From assembly GCF_033153115.1 (NCBI RefSeq), contig NW_026889774.1:11594001-11658000 (forward strand): a stretch of DNA of 64,000 nucleotides, written 5' to 3'. Of the stretch, positions 63,442 through 64,000 are shown piece after piece. Source of the stretch: Saccostrea echinata (taxonomy: Eukaryota). A program made the position numbers and the translations under genes. Each line of letters opens with the position of its first letter. Positions within the stretch are counted from its first letter, which is position 1. Below the pieces are notes generated by a model. That model saw only the letters and a list, made by a program, of their open reading frames with translations, was not told where the DNA came from and made no database searches.

Positions 63442-64000
63442 AAGCTTCAAGGATTGCCAGAAGTACTCATGTATAAGGACTGAGACAATGTAACAGCTTC
63501 AAATACCATAGTGTCTCTATATTTAAGACATGGTTTCAAAGAGAGCTTATATTTGAAGACTTGAAGGGAGATAAGTCATATTATTATATACCCAACAGTG
63601 TATCACTCAATTTTACTGTAGATTTTGTACAATCATATGACGGTGTGATCCGACTTTCCGCATCACCACTCTGTGGTTTTCTGAATCCATATCACCCCTC
63701 TTTGAAATTGATGACGTAGTACACAGAAACATGACGTTATTTTTCTAGCATTAAAAAGTCCATTGACACAATGCTTTGTTTAATGGAAAAATATTAAATA
63801 ATTGGTCTCAGTTTTTAAAACTATATCTTGCTAGTTGTAAGGGGGTATAATTTAATTCTGGATGTAACACTGTATTTGATTGGATAAAAAATTTACTTTA
63901 TATCGTATAAAATGGGTTGCCTACGTCACAATGACGTGTCAAAAACATATCGATCCGTCTGACATTACATTCAAATTTTGTGCAAATTGAAGTCATTTTT

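Noticed and set aside
63560-64000. CpG-containing, repeat-like sequence at the window end
   Set aside because: It is probably another non-autonomous element, but it is truncated by the window edge and its termini cannot be verified.
1-64000. Prokaryotic-type systems, tRNA/rRNA genes, autonomous transposase or reverse-transcriptase genes
   Set aside because: None is recognisable; all long ORFs are explained by the three host genes.

Overview
AT-rich, intron-containing eukaryotic DNA, most likely from a bivalve mollusc (oyster-like); this is inferred from the Helentron/satellite and MITE repertoire and from a TRIM-NHL-like gene. Three genes are supported. (1) 1-1232 (+) is the 3' part of a B-box/NHL beta-propeller (TRIM2/3-like) ORF that runs off the window start. 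(2) 7741-2885 (-) is a gene with four coding exons for a ~890-aa C2H2 zinc-finger protein with ~16 fingers. (3) 16426-~61340 (+) is a ~41-coding-exon, ~2,480-aa centrosomin/CDK5RAP2/myomegalin orthologue with CM1, SxIP and CM2 motifs. Genes 2 and 3 are head-to-head around a putative NRF1/YY1 promoter at ~9.95 kb. The introns hold many non-autonomous DNA transposons (hAT, Tc1/mariner-like, Kolobok-like, Helentron, palindromic elements); I found no transposase ORF. The most unusual observations are: three independent tandem amplifications centred on splice junctions; an intronic in-frame 143-codon alternative N-terminus that would give a CM1-less centrosomin isoform; a transposon carrying a cluster of RFX X-boxes inside this centrosomal gene; and a small MADS/SRF-like N-terminal domain on the zinc-finger protein. 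All exon models were built by eye from GT-AG sites and phase continuity, without transcript evidence.
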